A stretch of 63,139 bases of DNA, filler included, from Rhabdomonas costata (lineage: Eukaryota): NCBI GenBank assembly GCA_019059605.1. It is 49 parts of 49 records of this genome, joined end to end, with 100 filler letters (N's around TTAATTAATTAA, not from the genome) between each part and the next. Parts side by side here need not be neighbours in the genome. Positions count along the whole stretch, not along the records: positions 1 to 1,191 come from JAHMHO010024246.1; positions 1,292 to 2,482 come from JAHMHO010024247.1; positions 2,583 to 3,773 come from JAHMHO010024248.1; positions 3,874 to 5,064 come from JAHMHO010024249.1; positions 5,165 to 6,355 come from JAHMHO010024250.1; positions 6,456 to 7,646 come from JAHMHO010024251.1; positions 7,747 to 8,935 come from JAHMHO010024252.1; positions 9,036 to 10,226 come from JAHMHO010024253.1; 41 more parts are not named here. One strand, given 5' to 3'. Both the position numbers and the translations under genes were made by a program. A model generated the notes under the pieces. It had not been told where the DNA came from. It ran no database searches and saw nothing but the letters and a program-made list of their open reading frames with translations. Below, piece by piece: positions 1 through 12,800 of the stretch; within the stretch, counting starts at the first letter, position 1; each line of letters opens with the position of its first letter.

Positions 1-329
1 TTGTTGGGGGAAAAACAAAAATGAAATGCAAAGGTAATATACAGGGAGATTTATCCCCCCAAAAAAGATGCATTTGGAAAAAAAAAATTGGTTGGTAACG
101 CGAAGGGTGGTTCCTTGTGAAGTATGTTGTGGGTGCTGTCTTGAACCCTCCCCTGCGGCTGCGAGGGGCAAGAAGCGGCGCAAAAGGGTTACGAAAGAGC
201 CGCCAAGGGGCACCACAACTGGTCGAGGATGAAAGGTCGGGAAACTCCTGACCCCAAGAACCGGTCGCCGGTAGGTCATGTTGCGACGCAGCGTTTCGGG
301 AGGCCGTAAGAAAGAGTGATAAAAAAAGC

Positions 330-1173
330 GCATTCCTGGGCCACGCAGTTGGAGGCTGAGAAGGTGAAGGTTGAGTTCGACGCAAAGCCCTGGATCGACT
401 CGCTGCCTAGCTGGGCGACATGCAGCAGGGCCAGGGTAGCCGCGTCGAAGACCCGCACGTGGGAGTCCACGAAGCCCGCCCACACCCGACCCCCAAAGCA
501 GTGCAGGCAGGTCACCTCCGCCCCGCAGGAGTCAAACACAGGTCGTACCAGCTCCCCTGCCAACCCACCATGCGGGATGCAGGCGTATAACAAGTATGTA
601 TGGTATGTATGTAACTACTTGCAAAACAAATGTGTTTATGTGAATCTGTGAATCTGCGCTGTACGCACAGTGGCTGAGCAGCTCATGGCTCGGTCTTCTG
701 GTGATCCCCTGTCTTCTGTCCACGCGTGCTGCGTCATTAATCTGTGTGGGTAGTTGTGGGTACAGAGCACCTGCTGCTGTGGACTGATGTATAGGAACCT
801 TATGTTCGTTCATAGATAGGGGCTCACCAGAGAGCTCTGTCATGGGGTGTCACAGGTCTCAAAAGCTTGCTCTGTGGATCCCTGGGGTAATTCTTGAGTT
901 GGTAGTGCACCTCCTGCTGCTCACCTCCAGCAGGCAGGATCCAAAGCATCACCTTCCCTCCACCATACATTCATACGGGTATGTCGTGCATTCGGGAAGG
1001 ATGAGTTTCTCTGGGCAGAAACGCTCGAGGTTTCCCTCGCTGCGGGATGAAAAGCACATACCGCTGGGCGAGAAGATGTTGACCTGGGAGCCCGACCCGG
1101 CCCACAGACTGTCCTCCACGACCGCCGCGCACTGCCCCAGCTGCGGCAGCCGCTCCGAGCTCAGCAGGGTCAC
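330..1173 (-). CDS. Exon fragments of a probable beta-propeller (WD40-like) protein
   Basis: Two GC-rich segments encode blade-like strings AAVVEDSLWAGSGSQVNIF and EVTCLHCFGGRVWAGFVDSHVRVFD; exon borders approximate. Confidence 0.45.
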
Positions 1174-1191
1174 CCCAACACAACCAACACA

Positions 1192-1291
1192 NNNNNNNNN
1201 NNNNNNNNNNNNNNNNNNNNNNNNNNNNNNNNNNNTTAATTAATTAANNNNNNNNNNNNNNNNNNNNNNNNNNNNNNNNNNNNNNNNNNNN
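1192..1291. other. Artificial contig linker N44-TTAATTAATTAA-N44 (first of 48, recurring every ~1,290 bp until 61850-61949)
   Basis: Identical 100-bp spacer with six-frame stops; the intervening segments are all ~1,190 bp, consistent with length-sorted concatenated contigs. Confidence 0.99.
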
Positions 1292-4200
1292 GGGGTGTTG
1301 TTCCCCATGTTGGATATCCAGATTGCGGTGAGGCTTCTCCACCGTGCGCTACACAGATGAAAACGCCAGAACATTCCGCATTCCGTTCGATTGACCGACG
1401 TCTTTTTTAATAGACTTGTTTTTCGGGGTGTCTCTCTCTCTCGTTGTTCATTCTCGCTTGCAGCTACTGGGGGCTCTGGAGGCTCCGCAGTGAACTACCA
1501 GGACATGCGGCAGGTGGCCCTGGACATGGCCACTCAGCTTTGTACGCCCTCTCTCCACTTCAACGCTCCCGATGAAACCACCCACTCTCACCAGCACTTT
1601 CCCGCTTTCCCGCATCAGCCACTTTTTTCCCGGTGCCCTAAGCACACCCACGTGCACAGAAGGGCAAGAAGCAAGATTCCCTGGGAGAGGATCAACGAAT
1701 CCTCTCAGCCAAGGACAAGGCCACTTACAATGCCCTCATTGCGGAAGCGTTTCGGAACACACAGTAAGAGCAGTGTTCATCCCGGTTTTTGGCCGGCTTG
1801 CTCTCGTTCACCAAAGATGCAGCTGTGGAGGGGTTGGGGGCAGGACACTCCCCAATCTCAGCTCAATTCCAAGTCCGATTTGCTTGACCTCTTCCCGTTG
1901 TGGTCCGCCGCCCAATACGTGTGGTCATTTTGGCGGGTGTGGGCAGTGTCTGCGGTGAGGTTCCAGACGACGCAGTCCCAGGAGCTGCAGCCCCTCAGCC
2001 TGCCGCAGTGCGTGGCCCTGGCGCAGCAAAGGCTGGCCCCAACAGACCGCCGGTTCTCCATCCACTCTTGTGCGATTTGGAAGGCTGGCTTTGTTTCTTC
2101 TTTCCTGGCTTTTGCGATTTGACCTAGTCACTTGACGGCATGGTTGGCGCCTACATTCTTAGATCGATGGAGGAGATGGGTTGAAAAATGGGTCAAAATC
2201 CGGATTTTTGATTAGTCCCTTTTGTAGAGTAAAGATGAAGGCACCTGTGGTAGGAATGGCATCTCACTCTGTCACTGTTCTCACTCTCTGGGTTTTGCTG
2301 ATACTCCTACACCCTCTCACTCACCTCTCAACTCACCACCTTGAAGGCCTCAACCACCACGACGGCACCCACAACATATTTATAAAAACCACCCACCCCT
2401 TACCTTACCCCACACCGAACGGGGCTTGGTAACTTGCTCGAGGCAGCCTGAAGCCCACCAAACTCACACGGTCCTCAACAAANNNNNNNNNNNNNNNNNN
2501 NNNNNNNNNNNNNNNNNNNNNNNNNNTTAATTAATTAANNNNNNNNNNNNNNNNNNNNNNNNNNNNNNNNNNNNNNNNNNNNGTGTTGGGTGTGTGTGGG
2601 TGGTGGGTTGCAAATCGAATCAATGCAGAAAAATATGAAAAGAAGAAAGTGATCAAGCGATCAAGCGCCAACAAAGTGCAGAGGCACGAGGCGCAACGAA
2701 CGCACGGAAGGTGAGCGAGTCGGATGGTGCTAGGACCGGCCCGCAGCGTTCCGGGTCCGAAAACGGGCACGAGGAGTCTGCCCTGCAGATGTTATTGAGG
2801 GTTGAGTTTTCTCTGAGTGCGTGGCGGGAGACGACAAAATTCTCTCGACGATGGCGCGTTCTCAGTCAGCAGTGGGTGTGTCGAAGCTATTTTTCATCAC
2901 CTTTGAATTATTCAATATTTTACTGAGTCTGCCTTCTCCAGGGTCGTTCAGTTTTTTGGTTTATTCGCCCAGCATTTCTGTGCGTTGTGCTGGACCGGCA
3001 TGGGCTATGGTTCATCCCCTGACCGCCGTTCTTACCCTGTCCGCGGGAGTGGCACTGCTTCTTCTGAACAATTTGCATGCCACCCGCTCTCTGGGGTTCC
3101 CCGCAAGCCCAACAGAGACCCGGCCCCCTTTTGGCTTCGATGAAAGCGGTGGGTTGCTTCCGCAAAGCTCGTCAGATGGCCAGAGAGCTGCGGAGCTGCT
3201 GCCTCCTCTGCCCCGTGCATCCCTTGGTGCCAACCCCTCATCCCTTCCGCCTTCTTCTCTGTGCTCAGTTTTCCGGCCGAGCGCGTGTGCTGAAGGCACT
3301 GAGGGGCTGACTCTGTTGCGCCCACACTGTCTGTGTGTGCTTTGTCCTTGCCTTGGCTTTTGAGAGGATGAGTCGTCCACTCTCAGCAGTGAGTGCCACT
3401 GTGACACGTTTATTTCAATGACTGGGGAATGAACAACAGCTGTGCCTAAATTGGGGTGGGGGGAGTGGTAAAATTTTCATGAAATTTCAAGTGGTCTTTG
3501 GTGTTTCATGTTGCCAAGTGTTCCATCCGTACCAAAGCGATGATAATGAAGTTTCATTGATCGAAAGACGCAGTATACCTTCTGCTGATTTCGACCCCCG
3601 CCCATATTCAAAAATAGGTTTATATCTGTGTTAAATTTGAGCAAACGTCGCGTTCATAAATTCCAAATGTTGTATAGACCTTGGTTTTATCAGAGGTGAC
3701 CCACCGCGGCCAAACATCGCCAGTGCGAGTGCTGGTGACCCGATACCCCCACACACCCCAAACACCCCAACACNNNNNNNNNNNNNNNNNNNNNNNNNNN
3801 NNNNNNNNNNNNNNNNNTTAATTAATTAANNNNNNNNNNNNNNNNNNNNNNNNNNNNNNNNNNNNNNNNNNNNGTGGTGTGGGGTCTTGACAAATGGAGC
3901 ACGGGTGGATTTGGTAACACCGCGTGGGCTGTGTGCCCACCTGTGAACGCTCTTTTTGCGTTGCTCAAGCAGTTTGTTTATTTGTTTGTTCCCATATGTA
4001 AAGTTCGTAGAAAAGTAAAAAAGACCAACCCAGGCTATGCCCTTGTATCATTTTCAACGCTTGGCTCCAATCTGAGGGAGTTTTCATTTTCTGTTCCACT
4101 CCATTCCGTTGCGACCTTTCGTAAACATTCCTATGGTGTGCAAACGTTTCCCCAAAGTTTACAGTTTATTTCCTTTCCCGGTGCAAGTTTGCCTGAGCAG

Positions 4201-4301
4201 TTGCGATTGCCGCTTAGGAAAAACACTCGCGTCGCTCCACGTGTGACTTCCGTAGGTGTCAAAACTGTGCCCATCGTAGTCCCTTGTTCCACTTCCAAAA
4301 G

Positions 4302-4547
4302 GCCATGATGCCTGAGATGACGGGTTTTGAAGCCACACGGCACCTCAAGGCGGACCCCCGGTACACCTCCGTGCCCGTGGTGGGGATCACCGGGAACTGT
4401 GACGCGGAGGGGACGCGGATGTGCCTGGAGAGCGGGATGGTGGCGGTGCTGGGCAAGCCGATCGACACGGCTGCGATGTTCCAGCTGTTGCACGGGCTTT
4501 TGGGGCCAATAGCAGAACTGCGTGCGGTTCACTCTGGTTCTCGGTAA
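4302..4547 (+). CDS. Terminal exon: response-regulator receiver (REC) domain, hybrid histidine kinase-like C-terminus
   Basis: MMPEMTGFEATRHLK...VPVVGITGN...CLESGM...LGKPID matches the REC consensus (MPxMDG, conserved T, KP); preceded by a pyrimidine tract and AG; ends at TAA. Confidence 0.9.
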   Translation, partial: AMMPEMTGFEATRHLKADPRYTSVPVVGITGNCDAEGTRMCLESGMVAVLGKPIDTAAMFQLLHGLLGPIAELRAVHSGSR

Positions 4548-5179
4548 AGGCGCTGTTCGCACTGGCCCCATTATCTCATGCATTTTTTGCTTTTAGCACC
4601 TGCCCCAGAGATGCTGTTGTCCGTTACACCTCATTGTTCTATGCGTTCGACATGCCCCTTGTAAAGAATGAGTGTGAGCAGTGCGGAGGCGAAAAACTGT
4701 TAAAGGAGGCTGCGGGTGGTCTTTCCCGATGCTTTCGCTCCTTTGTCGCAAGCGCGAGTAGTGAGTTGGTGCAAGTGGCGTTTTCTGCCCTCCCCTCCCC
4801 CTTTTCTTTTCCTTCCTTTTCTGCACCGCTGAGATGTTTAAGATGGGCCCATGCCTTGTCATTCTGTGCGCGAGTTACCCCCCCCACACACACACCCGTT
4901 CCAAGTCATGGTTGAGGACTCGAGTTAAACAGATTTCAATCTGGACTCTTGCTCGCAGGTTGTCCTCCTGCTGTTCGTTTTCCGCGGCCCTTTTTTGTTA
5001 GGTGAACCTTTGTGCGCTTTTCGGTTCTGCTTTCTCATTTTCGGTTTCTCTACCCCCACCCCACNNNNNNNNNNNNNNNNNNNNNNNNNNNNNNNNNNNN
5101 NNNNNNNNTTAATTAATTAANNNNNNNNNNNNNNNNNNNNNNNNNNNNNNNNNNNNNNNNNNNNGTGTTGGGTGTGGTT

Positions 5180-6347
5180 GGGGTGGGGTTGCGCCAGAAG
5201 GAATACCACGCTGTCCCCAAAGAACTGGTGTACTGCACCCCGCTCTTTGCCCACAAAGCCCTGCGCGGTGTCCAAGAATTCGGACACCCTCTTGTACGCC
5301 TCCTCCACAGGGACACCTGAGACCACCGAGGCAACTAAATCAAAAATCCGTCACTTGACACGAACCCACAGGTATGTCACGTATGCCCACACGTACAGTC
5401 CAAGCGGGTGGCCGAGGTGACGGGAAGTGGCGGTCGGGAATCATTTGGTACCGACAAGAGACAGACGCAGACAACTCAACGACAGCAGCCACTCGCAACT
5501 CCAGAGCTTCTCCATTCTCGATGTTCCGGCTCATGCATCGCCGCGGTGCTTTTCGTATGATGTAAAGCGCAGTGACATCCTAAAACATGGGCAAGGGAGG
5601 TGGGAAATTAAGCGGAATCCATTCGAATCCTGACTCACCTGATGGAAGCAAGTTCCTGACCCGCACCTCCATCATGGTCGCGGTGCGGAACTGCACAGGC
5701 AATGCAAGGCCCGTAGGGTCTCCCATGGGGGGCGGCGCGGGCGTGGGCGCTGGGGACGCTCCTGAGGCCTGGGTGGAGCGCCGAGACTTGAACAGGTTGC
5801 TGGAAGAGAGGGACTTCTGCGACGACTGCTTGCGGGTTTTCTCCAGGTTGCGGCTGCGGCAGGAGTGCGCCCCAGAGGACCCAGACGCCGCGGTGCGGTA
5901 GGTGCTCTCCACACCACCAGAGCGCAGGGAAGGAATGGATCCCCCGCTCTGAGACGAGCATTTGGGACTGGAGGGAATGGGAATGTTGGGGACAATTCCT
6001 GGTGTCGAGGATGCAGCAGCACTAGGAGCTTCAACAATCACGGCAAGCGGCTCCAGCGGTAAACGCGAGCTGCAGCGAACAGGTGAATCCAAATCGGACT
6101 CCGACTCACTTTCGGCATCCTTCATAAACATAGTGGCAGGGAGGTACGGCTTCCAGATCCGAACGCTCTGCACAACCTCAAAAAGCCGCCGCTCAAGCTC
6201 TAGTGCCTCCGGCCCGGGCGCCGAAACCTCGTCCACGTCAAGCTCCACGATACGACGAGAAACCTCCGCAAGTCGCGACTGCATCGAAAGGTGCTCCGCA
6301 AGTCGTGGCGCAAGCTCGTGAAGAAGGTACGCCGAGATGCACAGCAC
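5180..6347 (-). CDS. Receptor-like class III nucleotide cyclase-related protein, partial (exons ~6347-5639 and 5334-~5180)
   Basis: TM/HAMP-like helix, WKPYLP linker, Ser-rich spacer, then RTATMMEVRVRN and, after a GT-AG intron (5638-5335, in-frame join), GAVHQFFGDSVV resembling the cyclase GxvxkFxGD motif. Confidence 0.6.
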
Positions 6348-9300
6348 AAAAACACNNNNNNNNNNNNNNNNNNNNNNNNNNNNNNNNNNNNNNNNNNNNT
6401 TAATTAATTAANNNNNNNNNNNNNNNNNNNNNNNNNNNNNNNNNNNNNNNNNNNNTTTGTGGGTGTTGGTACCAAGAATCCGCCATTAAGCACCTGTCAC
6501 ACTGTCAGATGACGGCATAGCGCGCTGCGCTGTGTCATAAGCAGCTGCTGTCACGATCCTCGGGCAGTGTCTGAGCTTCTCGTCATGTGTAAGTGGGTAC
6601 AGATGTACTTAAGGTTCGTGATGGCGGCGGAATTTGATATGGCCTATGGTCACAAGAAAAAGAGATTCTTTCAATGCCTGCCGTCCGTGCAGAACACACG
6701 GAGATAGCAGAGAACAGCAAGGAGCAGTGGATACGAGGAAACAAGCTATCCAACAAGCAAAAGAAGAAGAAGGCAAAAATAAAGCAAGACTCCAAAAGGA
6801 TCCTCAACTGAAGAGCTTGTTTTGACTTGCTCATGTAGAAGGGAGTGAGAGAGTGTCAACCAACTGGAGAGTGGCGACTTCCGCGAGAAGCAGATTTGGG
6901 GTCCACCCCCACATGGCCGTGTGGTGAGTCTGCAGGTTGACCAAAGGAAAAGGGAACACCCGAGACTCGCCGAAGGCGTACATCAGGACATCCCCTGAAA
7001 TGCGCAGCGACACCCCTTACCGCATTCCCACCCACTCATACTCACTTCAACCACTATCTTATCTTATATTCACTTCGGCCACTTTGCTGTGATTGGGTGA
7101 AACTGATGGGGAAAAACAAGTGCTCCAGCAAAAAAAGAAAAAGACAGTAAATGGGAAACAGCAAGTGGCTCATTCAGATCATTCATACATGTTGTGCACT
7201 AAGGCCGCTAAAAAGCGACGCCAACTAAAGAAACGAACAAGCGCGGGTCTGTAGGTGCGAAAAAATACCCTCCACTCTCCAGACCGCAATAAACAGCTGA
7301 CACGATTTCCTCAAAAAATGAGAAGTGAAGTTGGAGGGCATCTAAACCAACCATTCATCCACAAACGACTTTCTAATTTCGCAGCCATGAACCGAAGCAG
7401 TGGATACCGTGCATGAAGAGCCCACAAAATGGGTGGTCAGGGACAGTATTTCGATCCTTCATATCGCTTCATGTCAGAGACAAAATTTTTGGAGATTTAG
7501 TTGTTGCAAGAAAACGAATGTTTACGGCTGCACGCAGTAATTAACGCACGCGCGCTTGAGTGAAACAAAAGAGCAACCACCAAAGAAAAAGGAAGGTTTG
7601 TCTGTTTTGAGTGGGGGCAACCATGTTCGGGAAACCCCCACCCCACNNNNNNNNNNNNNNNNNNNNNNNNNNNNNNNNNNNNNNNNNNNNTTAATTAATT
7701 AANNNNNNNNNNNNNNNNNNNNNNNNNNNNNNNNNNNNNNNNNNNNGGGTGGGTGGGCGGAAAAATATGAAAATACTGTGATAGTAGTGAAAATGGTGCC
7801 GCTTTCATTCAAGATCTATCCACGAAAGGACGCAGAAGTCTCAATCCCTTGAAAAGTGGGGTTGCTACCAAATGGCTCGCTACTTCAGACGACAGGTCAG
7901 TTGTCTTCGGCACTCCACTCCACTGGTGCATCCAAGAGTGACTTCGGTTCATTATCGAATGAGGACTTCCCTTGCATCGAATACGTGCACACTGTGGGAA
8001 AAAGTGTCTGACGGACTTCGTTTTCGTTGGTTTCCCGCAGATCCCTCAACCAGCCGTCCTGGATCAAGAAGAAATCCCTTAATTATCTCCTTATTTCCTT
8101 TGTAGGCCCCAAAGATGCACGACCCGATGCGCTCACCAACTGTCGCATTGCTCTGCTTCTTCATTCAAGCTGAAGCGCATCACCTTGGAGAAAAGAGATG
8201 GCTGTTTTTCTTGAATACTGCAGCGTATAATAAGTGGAAAGGCAGCTGGTTCCGAAAATTCGCTCACTACAAAGCGGTTTGGTTAAAATTCATATACTAG
8301 AGATAAAATGTGTCTGTGAATCTCATTTTGAAAAGAGAGGCCACTGCAAACATCAAGCAGTTCCTTTTTATTCCCCTAGTCTCACTACCAAGACTGCTTT
8401 GCAAGGGCATAACTAATCGCAATTGGTTTTCCACACGTAAGAGTCTGGGTTGGACAGGAGGGCGCCTGGGTGAAGGGTCGCTACTGAAAAGTGCAAAGAG
8501 TCCCTTGGGCGTTTCTAAACATTCCATGTGCTAATAAAAAATCTCAACAATTACACAGGGCATCACAATTCAGAAAAATAGAAATTTTGGAGGAAAAAAC
8601 CCGTGGCCAGTGCTGGGGCTCGCTTTATCTGGACTGGACAGGGCAACCTATTCTTAGTAGCACTCACCCGAATACCGTTAGCTGCAGTGCTCTCTTGCTA
8701 GATCCTCTGCCCAATCACTTAATTTTCATAAGTGGAGCACTCTGCGGTTCACCAAGGCAGAAGGCACAAGGGATGCACAAGGAAAAGCCATGATCAACCA
8801 TATTCTTAGTACCACACAACTGTTGCACGAAAGAGATAGCATGGACCGACACGAAGGACGGCAGTGCGCGGAAAACTGTACAAAACCGTGCACATGGGAG
8901 CGGACGGCACAACGGCACAAAACAGAACCCTCAGGNNNNNNNNNNNNNNNNNNNNNNNNNNNNNNNNNNNNNNNNNNNNTTAATTAATTAANNNNNNNNN
9001 NNNNNNNNNNNNNNNNNNNNNNNNNNNNNNNNNNNGTTGTGTGTGCAGCTAAGCGGAAAAACACTGAAGGCACACCATGATAAGATTCCAGGAGTCCCAC
9101 GGAAATATCATTCGGGACAAGCTCAAACTGAAACGGGAATTCGCTTCTCCTGAAGAAAGAGGGGAGTCATACAGGGACGCAAACAGAGAAGTAATGCAAG
9201 GATTCATTCCGTACAATAAGGGCTTGAGATATGGATGTAAATCCATCCATGCATTCGATGCAGTGAAGTGTGCATCCCAGCGTCCTACCGTAAAAGTAAT

Positions 9301-10339
9301 GGTCAATGGCACAGTGGCGAACTTTGTTTATTTGCTAAACCAGAGTTTCCCAACTGGTAGTGTGCTGCGCTGGACCGCCTCCGAACAGTTGGGTGTGCAG
9401 TCCAGACGGTGTGCTCCATGCGATGACAGCGGCAGCCGAACACAGAAGGGATTAGTGCGACCCTCTCTGTGCGGGTGGGGCAACTTAAAAAACTGAATCT
9501 CACTGGATGCACAGGCGTAAGTTTCACTTGTGGGGATGAACGTGTGGAAATTGCACCCGTGCACGCCGATGCATTGGATGTAACTTGCATTGAGAAATCC
9601 ACTTCAGCATTGGTATTCTTTAAGGCACGGTGACAACTTGCATCCACGAGCAGTTTAGTAGCAACGAAAAACAATGCCATTCTACGCAAGAAGCGCAAGT
9701 AGCCTTAAATTCCCAGGTGGAATACTCTTGAGTCATAATTGATACAAGTCTCAAAAACAAGAGAGAACGGCAAGACCCGCTGGGAAGCTTTCCAGGAACA
9801 ACAAGAACGAGCCTTCGGCTGAGCACCATCACCGGTTTAGCAAACTGGGCAACCGCATGTGCCCTGACGTGACGTTCTTTTGTCAGAGTGGGGTCAAACC
9901 CAAGCTTCCCCTCCACCTGATAGTGAAAAAAGGGCAGAGAGGACGCTACACAACAACAAAGCTAAAGCTCCATGGGAAAGGCTGACTTATCTTTAGCTGT
10001 AATAGCTGCGAACGCAGCCGCACCACGTTCCACCTGGATATATACACCATGCACTGTGCAAACACCCAAAACCAACTAAATCATTGCACGCGCCCGCGCC
10101 GTAGGTCAACCTTTGCGAACCCCCCCCCCGAAAAACAAAATCCACCAATAGCGTAATCCCGTTGTGGGTCTCCGAATGAGTACAAGTCACCAGGATAGAG
10201 CCGGAAACCACTTTGCCGGAGATGAANNNNNNNNNNNNNNNNNNNNNNNNNNNNNNNNNNNNNNNNNNNNTTAATTAATTAANNNNNNNNNNNNNNNNNN
10301 NNNNNNNNNNNNNNNNNNNNNNNNNNGTGTGGTTGTGGA

Positions 10340-11500
10340 GCGGGCCGAGCGGTTCAGATTCTCTTGCACGTAAGTGGTGACGTAGCAGGCCAGCCCGACC
10401 TGAAACGAAGTAATGCGGGCCAACCTAACCGTGGCTGCATGCTGTTCTTGACACCATACAGGGTCCATGACAAAGTTGGGACCTGCACTCCGTGGAGAAG
10501 CGAGGGCATCTTTTTGTCAGCGTGGATGTGGTCAATGGCGTGGCTGATGAGGTGCTCCGAGCCGCTGGCAGGGCGGGAAGACCCCGCGGCGTTCATGGCC
10601 AGCCCACTTATCAGCAGGCCGTGAGCGAGGGTTTTCAGGAATGCTGGATCCAGGCACCGTGGCTGAGTCGCTGGAACAGGAAAGAAAATACAGGCTTGCC
10701 ACGCGGCGTACAGCATGGTCACCGCGAGGTCATCGACCTGAGAAAGTGAGAAAGTCCCCAAAGGATTCCCCAAAGGTGCTGGTGGCAATAAAAGTGGGGC
10801 TGAGTCTCATGTAACCGAGGAATTTAGAAGAGAGTTGGAGCTCAAGGCGGAGTCGAAACGGCGTGCCACCCAAGAAAATGGGCAATTCCACCACGGACCC
10901 CTCCGGATATTGCAGAAAACCACCGTTCAACTTATAACCTCACAAAAGTCAAAAAGCTTCTCCCCAATGAAAGGTGTTGAAGCTGTCACAAACCCGACAG
11001 CATGGACTGTAACATTTCAAAACCCAGAGTTTTAACCTGCTGCTTCTCCCCGATATGGAAGGCGATCTTCCAGTCCACCAAGGAGCTGATCTTACCTGCC
11101 ATTTCGCCCACCCCGGCATAGGTCGAGCTGACAGGAGCCTTGCGGATCACTGCGGGATCCACCACAATCGCAGCCGGGGGTGTAGCGCGGAGGGACTTCT
11201 TCATTCCCTTAACATCGAGAGACACCCCACCCGACGCAAAGGCGTCCTGGGAGATGATCGTCGGGATGAGCATAACCGGGATGCGAAGGACATGACCAAT
11301 CCATTTGGCGCCATCGATGGCAACCCCTCCGCCAATTCCGATCACGAGGGAGGCAGTGGACGGGACGGAGGTGAGGAGGGAGGAAAGGCCCTCCACTGAG
11401 GCCTCGGTCAGGGTAGTCTCAAAAACCATCGCGCACTCGGGGTAGAACTCCAGCAAAGAGTTCTGGATGGTCGTGCTGAAGAGGTCATGCAGATATTCAC
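10340..11500 (-). CDS. sn-glycerol-1-phosphate dehydrogenase-like (EgsA/AraM family), 3 exons, partial (~11500-11037, 10737-10483, 10399-~10340)
   Basis: Motifs IGIGGGVAIDGAK, PTIISQDAFAS, PAAIVVD..VI.KAP...AGVGE...K...DW, GSSRPASGSEHLISH and HGVQ|VG. Two phase-0 GT-AG introns (11036-10738, 10482-10400) splice in frame. Confidence 0.88.
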
Positions 11501-11734
11501 CCCAGAAAAACACACAANNNNNNNNNNNNNNNNNNNNNNNNNNNNNNNNNNNNNNNNNNNNTTAATTAATTAANNNNNNNNNNNNNNNNNNNNNNNNNNN
11601 NNNNNNNNNNNNNNNNNGGTTTTTTGGGCACGTGTCTCGACAAAGGTTATGGCTGTACCTTGACAAGTAGTTTTCCTTTCGCGGGACCCGGCCGTCGCCC
11701 ACCCGGGGGCCATTATATATGTCCTATTTTTCAG

Positions 11735-12800
11735 GGGATGCGCTGATTGTTGTCTTCGGGCAGCAGTTCCTGTGCCCCCGCTACGCTGCCATTCTTGCGT
11801 TGAACTGTGCTCTACAAATCCAGAGCCGCATGGGAACCTATAAAGTCACGATTCCGGGCAAGGCTGGCATAGGTGTCCGTGCATGTGCGTGTCCTGCGCA
11901 GATGGCATTGTGACTTGTCGTCAGTCATATTTGGGCGAGGCTGTCGAAGCGATGTGGGAGCAACCGTATCTGATGTTGATGAATATTTAGGGTTAGCGAC
12001 CTCATGGAGAGTGGAGATTCAGGGTCACTCCAAACCCCAAGCTAAGGCGTTGAAGAGCAACAGCAGTGAATGGATGTCTGGGTGCTTTTGTTCCCAGTAT
12101 TGACCGTAGGCGAGTGACGTCCGACTTTGGGCTGGTCGCGCGAAGCGCGGGGAGGAGTTTAAACATATGGACCTACTGGAAATAACCTCCCGTGTGGAAA
12201 GTGGCTTGATCTAGATTCTCCAGGTGCGCCTAAAAATCCCCAAGAATTTATAAAAATAAGAAATCGCTGTTGCATCTTCCGTGGTTACAGTGTTTCGCCT
12301 TCGCCTCATTCAGACCAAGAACAGGAGCTGGCCCTGCACATCGGCTTGGCCTACGGGCGGATGTCGTCGATGGCTGTCGGTGGGGTCGATGGCCGTTGGC
12401 ATCGAGTGATTGCTGGGGAACCCTTCACGCAGTTATCCACAGGTCCTCCTCCCTCGTAATGCCCATTCACCGTTGGAAGCTTGTAAATGAGCGCTCGTTG
12501 TGACTGAATTAATTCTTCTGCATCTGTACTCCTAACTCTTTTATTTCCCTAGCCGTAGGTCTTCCGGTCACAGTAAAAGTTTTGCAGCGCAGCTTTAGGC
12601 CTGACAAGACCCCGAGGTGCACGCTCACCCCTTTGCTGCCGTGCAGTGCTTCCGTTGAGCCACCGCGGGGATGTGGTGATGTCCCAGCAGGCCTACGAGC
12701 TGATGAACGGGGGCACCGGGCTGCTCGGCCGAGCGAAGAACGCCGTGGTCGACCTGCTGCTGCGCTCCACGAACAGCAGAGTACTGGAACTTTCTTCGCC
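11735..12800 (+). CDS. Class III adenylyl cyclase, soluble/ADCY10-like catalytic domain, 3 exons (11735-11872, 12314-12442, 12647-~12800)
   Basis: GDALIVVF...ALNCALQIQ; LALHIGLAYG....AVGGVDGRWHRVIAGEPFTQ; GDVVMSQQAY. GT-AG introns give in-frame joins. Confidence 0.85.
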
